This document shows positions 16,756-20,000 of a DNA stretch of 20,000 nt, in pieces (position 1 is the stretch's first letter; every line of letters starts with the position of its first letter). Source of the DNA: an uncultured virus (IMG/VR IMGVR_UViG_3300008267_000038) (taxonomy: Duplodnaviria > Heunggongvirae > Uroviricota > Caudoviricetes); IMG/VR virus record IMGVR_UViG_3300008267_000038, positions 55,813 through 75,812 of that record; one strand, written 5' to 3'. The notes below the pieces were generated by a model. That model saw only the letters and a list, made by a program, of their open reading frames with translations. It was not told the DNA's origin and did not search any database. Position numbers and translations under genes: made by a program.

Positions 16756-17358
16756 TTAGACCAAGGCGAGCGTGTTGGAAAGTTGATCGTCGGCCAGCAC
16801 CTTCACGGAAGTGGTCGCCAGAGCCACACCCGGCACCAGAGCGGCTGGGATGACGATGCTGGTGTTCGAGAACGTACCGCCCGCCGCAACGATGGCGGTC
16901 TGGGTAAGGGTCAGCGGACCACCCGTACCCGTCACCAGCACCGCCGACTCATTGGGGGCCAGCGACAGGAGGCGCGTACCCGTGATGGTGATTTGACCAA
17001 CGCCAGGGGTACCGAGGTCGGCCACCGTGATCGCAGGAGCCGCCACGTCATCCATAGTGAACGACACCACGGTGATGAACCCAGCGTCCGACAGCTTCTT
17101 GATCTTGCCCTTGCCAGACGACAGCGTGACACGCTCGGTCTGGCGCAGGTCGATGTAGCCCGAGATTGCCGGGTTGGTCGGCTTCGTCTGGGGGATGTAG
17201 CAGGGCTGCTTGGGCAGTTGCGCGTACCCATCCCGCTCGTAAGCCTTCGGATCGCCCGTGCTGCCCAGACGGTGGGTCATCTTGTTGGGGATACCATCGT
17301 CGATGTCGTCAACGAGGATCGAGGCGTTCACAGTCTGGTTATGGATGAGTCGTAGCAT
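16756..17358 (-). CDS. Structural protein with C-terminal IPT/Ig-like domain
   Basis: RBS AGGAG; APAIT...ITITGTRL...LTQTAIVAAGGTFSNTSIVIPAALVP. Confidence 0.75.
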   Translation of the reverse strand: MLRLIHNQTVNASILVDDIDDGIPNKMTHRLGSTGDPKAYERDGYAQLPKQPCYIPQTKPTNPAISGYIDLRQTERVTLSSGKGKIKKLSDAGFITVVSFTMDDVAAPAITVADLGTPGVGQITITGTRLLSLAPNESAVLVTGTGGPLTLTQTAIVAAGGTFSNTSIVIPAALVPGVALATTSVKVLADDQLSNTLALV

Positions 17359-17420
17359 CCGAGGCTCCTAAGTGTGGGGCAGGTCCCGTCGAAATGACGG
17401 CTGCATAAAAGAAACCGCGA

Positions 17421-18068
17421 CTAGAGCGGGTTGGAGTTGGTGGTGTGGATCGACATGATGACGGTTCCGGCGTCACCCCGAATCCAGATGCTCCCAGAGT
17501 TGGCCTTGAAGCTGATCAACTGTGGGGTCTGGGAGTTGGCGGGAAGGTAGTTCTCGGGACCGCCCGGCTCGAAGGCTACAAAAGCCCCTCGGGTGGTACT
17601 CTCGTTCAAAACCCGCCAATCCGTCTGGAGGCGGGGCAGATCGAGTTGCAGGGAGCCACCCACATCGGCTGCCGACGGGGCCGTACCCCGCAGCATCAGG
17701 TGGCCCGCACCACGGCTCAAGAACTGAGTCTCGTCAGGGGTGATGAGCGTGCAGGCCGAGACTTGGGTTTCAACGGCGGCAGCGTCAACGTGATACAACT
17801 TGACCCAGATGGGCTGGTTGTCGTCGAGGCCATAGTCCGTGGGGTCCCAGACCATACGGACCCTGCCGTTGACGGGCTGGCTCTCCAGCACCCGCTGATC
17901 CACACCCTCACCCACAAACCCGACGTTCGTGGACGTAAAGATCGTCGAGAAAGCGGCGTCGAAGTTGGTGGCAGCCTTCAAACGATAACCGACAACACCC
18001 GTGACCCTCGGGACGTAGGTATCGACGATGCCCGCTCGACGGCGGCTGACTGTGAGGGTGCGGTTCAT
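17421..18068 (-). CDS. Hypothetical beta-rich protein (~215 aa), probably structural
   Basis: RBS GAAGGAAGGG; coupled to the upstream TAG. Confidence 0.75.
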   Translation of the reverse strand: MNRTLTVSRRRAGIVDTYVPRVTGVVGYRLKAATNFDAAFSTIFTSTNVGFVGEGVDQRVLESQPVNGRVRMVWDPTDYGLDDNQPIWVKLYHVDAAAVETQVSACTLITPDETQFLSRGAGHLMLRGTAPSAADVGGSLQLDLPRLQTDWRVLNESTTRGAFVAFEPGGPENYLPANSQTPQLISFKANSGSIWIRGDAGTVIMSIHTTNSNPL

Positions 18069-18070
18069 CA

Positions 18071-18502
18071 CTACCCTTCCTTCTTGACAAGTGAATCATA
18101 GGTGGAGGACGCCTCACGGGCTGCGGAGGTGTCCTTGGTTTCCTGGTACGCCTTATCGTAGGCAGCCTGTCGGGCTTCCGACCACGATCCCAGCGTCTCA
18201 CCAGCGAAGTTTGGCACCAACTTGGGGTTGGGAGCGTGATCCCGCTGCCGACGCTCCATGACGCCCTGCCGTGCCGCCCTGTACTTGTTCTCCTTCATGG
18301 CCTTGCTGATCCAGCCACCCGACTCCCCATCCTTGAGGACGAACCGAACGTCGCCAGGCGAAAACACGAGGTCGAGTTGACCCCCGCACCCCATGCAGGA
18401 AAGTCGGCTACGGCCTTCCGTGACCGACTCATAGACTTGGAAGGACAACTTGCGGGCAACGACGGTCTGGCAGTCTTGGCAGCGAGTATCGTACAGGGGC
18501 AT
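18071..18502 (-). CDS. FmdB-family zinc ribbon protein
   Basis: MPLYDTRCQDC...SCMGCGG...VFS...F.LK...GW matches the FmdB MPxYxYxCxxC...CxxC pattern. Confidence 0.75.
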   Translation of the reverse strand: MPLYDTRCQDCQTVVARKLSFQVYESVTEGRSRLSCMGCGGQLDLVFSPGDVRFVLKDGESGGWISKAMKENKYRAARQGVMERRQRDHAPNPKLVPNFAGETLGSWSEARQAAYDKAYQETKDTSAAREASSTYDSLVKKEG

Positions 18503-18510
18503 CCTGATCC

Positions 18511-19371
18511 TCATTTTTTCTTGGCGGGTAGCGGGACCACCCACTCTTTGATTTCCCGCATGACAGCCGCAACGTGCTTGCAGACGCGGTTGTGCCTGTC
18601 GGGGTCTTTGATGTCTGGCGTGCTGGCGGTGCCTCGGGTGGGGCCGTCCTGATAGCCCTGCCCCTTCGCATGAAACTCGGGGCCAAGCCACCGCCACCCA
18701 GGGCAACTGCACTTGACCCGCACTTCCATGCGGGCCATGCGAGTCATGTTCTTGGAACGGGCCGCCTTGAGGTTCACGAGTTTCGGGCCGTTCCCACAGT
18801 TGACGGCGAAAATCCACCGCAGGTTGCCAGGGTCCTTCCGCTTGATGGCAACTCGACAGAGGCCCGACTTCCACAGGGTCCGCTTGTTGACCCCGCGCAT
18901 GATCTCGGAAATCTTGACGGCTACCTTGACGGGTACCTCGGGGGCGAGGACCAGTTCGTGGGCGCTCCGCAGGTTCCAGAGTTGGACGACGATCTCGGGG
19001 TCCACCGAGGCGTAATGCTCGTGGGGGCGCTTGTCCCGATACGGGTAGCGGGTCTTGTTGGTGGTGTCCCACTCCCCCTTGCCCATCTCACCGATGCCGT
19101 CGTGCTTGTCGGCGTTGTCCTCCACGGTGTCGATGCGTGAGCGATCCTTGGTGAGGTCATCCGCGTTATCGACCCTGTAGATGCTCTCGTCATCCTTGCT
19201 GGGCTGACGGACATCCCCCTCGGGCTTGGAGTACGTCTTGGAGCCAGGGATCGAGGAGTCGAGCGGTAGCCCCCTGTCAGAGGGGCCGCCGCCCGGCAAC
19301 TTGGACTCGGCGGTAGGCATAGAGGACCCCCCGTGACCGTAGGCGGGGCGGGTCACGAGGGGCTGGCTCAT
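18511..19371 (-). CDS. SWIM-type zinc finger protein, 286 aa, with disordered acidic N-terminus
   Basis: VRVKCSCPGW...VCKHVAAV (CxC...CxH); TAATG coupling at 19371. Confidence 0.75.
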   Translation of the reverse strand: MSQPLVTRPAYGHGGSSMPTAESKLPGGGPSDRGLPLDSSIPGSKTYSKPEGDVRQPSKDDESIYRVDNADDLTKDRSRIDTVEDNADKHDGIGEMGKGEWDTTNKTRYPYRDKRPHEHYASVDPEIVVQLWNLRSAHELVLAPEVPVKVAVKISEIMRGVNKRTLWKSGLCRVAIKRKDPGNLRWIFAVNCGNGPKLVNLKAARSKNMTRMARMEVRVKCSCPGWRWLGPEFHAKGQGYQDGPTRGTASTPDIKDPDRHNRVCKHVAAVMREIKEWVVPLPAKKK

Positions 19372-20000
19372 TAGTGATGCTTCTCCCACGCCTGCTTGCA
19401 GTAGTGACAGGTGGCATCCTTCACGGACTCTACGAGAGTGTCGTCGTGGGCGCGTTCCCCACAGGCCGTGAAGCCACTCTTGCCCTCTAGGTGGGTGGTC
19501 CGCTTGGCGGCCACCTTCCACGCGGCCGACTTCAACCACTTGTCCTGCTCAGAGTATTGGGGCGAGCGGTCGTTCTGCTTGTAGAACTCGACCCACTTCT
19601 CGCAGTAGCCGACGACCTGCTCGGCCCATTCGGTCTTTTGCCAGACGAAGTATGCGGCGTTGTCGATGACAGAGAAAGCCCCGGCGACCTCATCCATCTC
19701 GCGTGCCGTCATGTGCGGGAGGTCCTTCACCGCTTGCTTGACTTCCGGCCACACACGGGTTCCCGGTCGAAGGGACAACGTGGCCGTGTCCTTCAACCAG
19801 CCAAGGACCACATCTTTTGCCATCTGCATTTGGTTGAGAGAATCGGCATCAGCCGGTCCCCGGCCAGCAGCCTCGGCGGCCTTTTGCTGCTTGCCGATCC
19901 ACGCCCTGTAGGACGTGACCCGCTGCTCGGACACCTTGGCGAGCAGCTTCTTGGCGGTCGCCAGTTTCCGAACGATGGTCTGGTACTCCTTGGCATCGTC
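19371..20000 (-). CDS. Hypothetical protein (5'-truncated by the window) with a small C-terminal Cys/His motif
   Basis: Frame open to the window edge (DDAKEYQTIVRK...); C-terminal THL...TACG...TCHYC follows KVAA. Confidence 0.75.
   Translation of the reverse strand, partial: DDAKEYQTIVRKLATAKKLLAKVSEQRVTSYRAWIGKQQKAAEAAGRGPADADSLNQMQMAKDVVLGWLKDTATLSLRPGTRVWPEVKQAVKDLPHMTAREMDEVAGAFSVIDNAAYFVWQKTEWAEQVVGYCEKWVEFYKQNDRSPQYSEQDKWLKSAAWKVAAKRTTHLEGKSGFTACGERAHDDTLVESVKDATCHYCKQAWEKHH

Larger units (their letters stand above)
1..20000 (-). mobile_element. Large tailed bacteriophage genome segment (virion morphogenesis/late region)
   Basis: Near-contiguous co-oriented genes with overlapping start/stop codons; several phage neck/fibre-like proteins; mostly hypothetical proteins; no typical host housekeeping genes. 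Confidence 0.85.

Noticed and set aside
17386..17400. CCGTC-GAAAT-GACGG hairpin as an intrinsic terminator
   Set aside because: The stem is only 5 bp, and the T-tract lies upstream rather than downstream on the coding strand
18503..19539. Long N-terminal extensions given in the ORF track for the FmdB (to 19072) and SWIM (to 19539) ORFs
   Set aside because: They overlap upstream genes; better starts are at 18502 (family motif MPLY) and 19371 (TAATG coupling)
1..20000. Alternative genetic code (stop-codon reassignment)
   Set aside because: TAA, TAG and TGA all end genes at points that abut the next gene's start; coding density is already high with the standard code

Overview
GC-rich, very densely packed segment of a large tailed-phage (jumbo-phage-like) genome. 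About 32 genes, all but one on the minus strand and many translationally coupled (TAATG, ATGA, TAGTG overlaps). It looks like a late/virion morphogenesis region: putative head-tail adaptor, head-closure and HK97-gp10-like neck proteins, two paralogous Gp80-like fibre proteins, Ig/IPT-like and LamG-domain structural proteins, and a repeat-containing fibre. Non-structural genes include a Dps/ferritin-like domain with an intact ferroxidase motif fused to a second domain, the 5' end of an actin-fold ATPase, a SWIM zinc finger, an FmdB zinc ribbon and a DUF5659-like protein. The most unusual features are: (1) a 36-bp inverted repeat (35/36 identical; 726-761 and 4298-4333) bracketing a 3.5-kb gene block, forming nearly the whole intergenic leader of the head-closure gene at one end and the in-frame linker of the Dps fusion at the other; (2) a recurring intergenic motif, YYT[A/G/T]T[C/G]-N11-RT(A/G/T)(G/A), likely a phage late promoter; (3) recurring VxxRF...[K/R]xA[S/A/G] peptides at domain boundaries, suggesting a capsid-targeting or protease-processing signal. 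No rRNA, tRNA, CRISPR array, integrase or transposase was recognised. Family assignments come from motif recognition only, not database searches.
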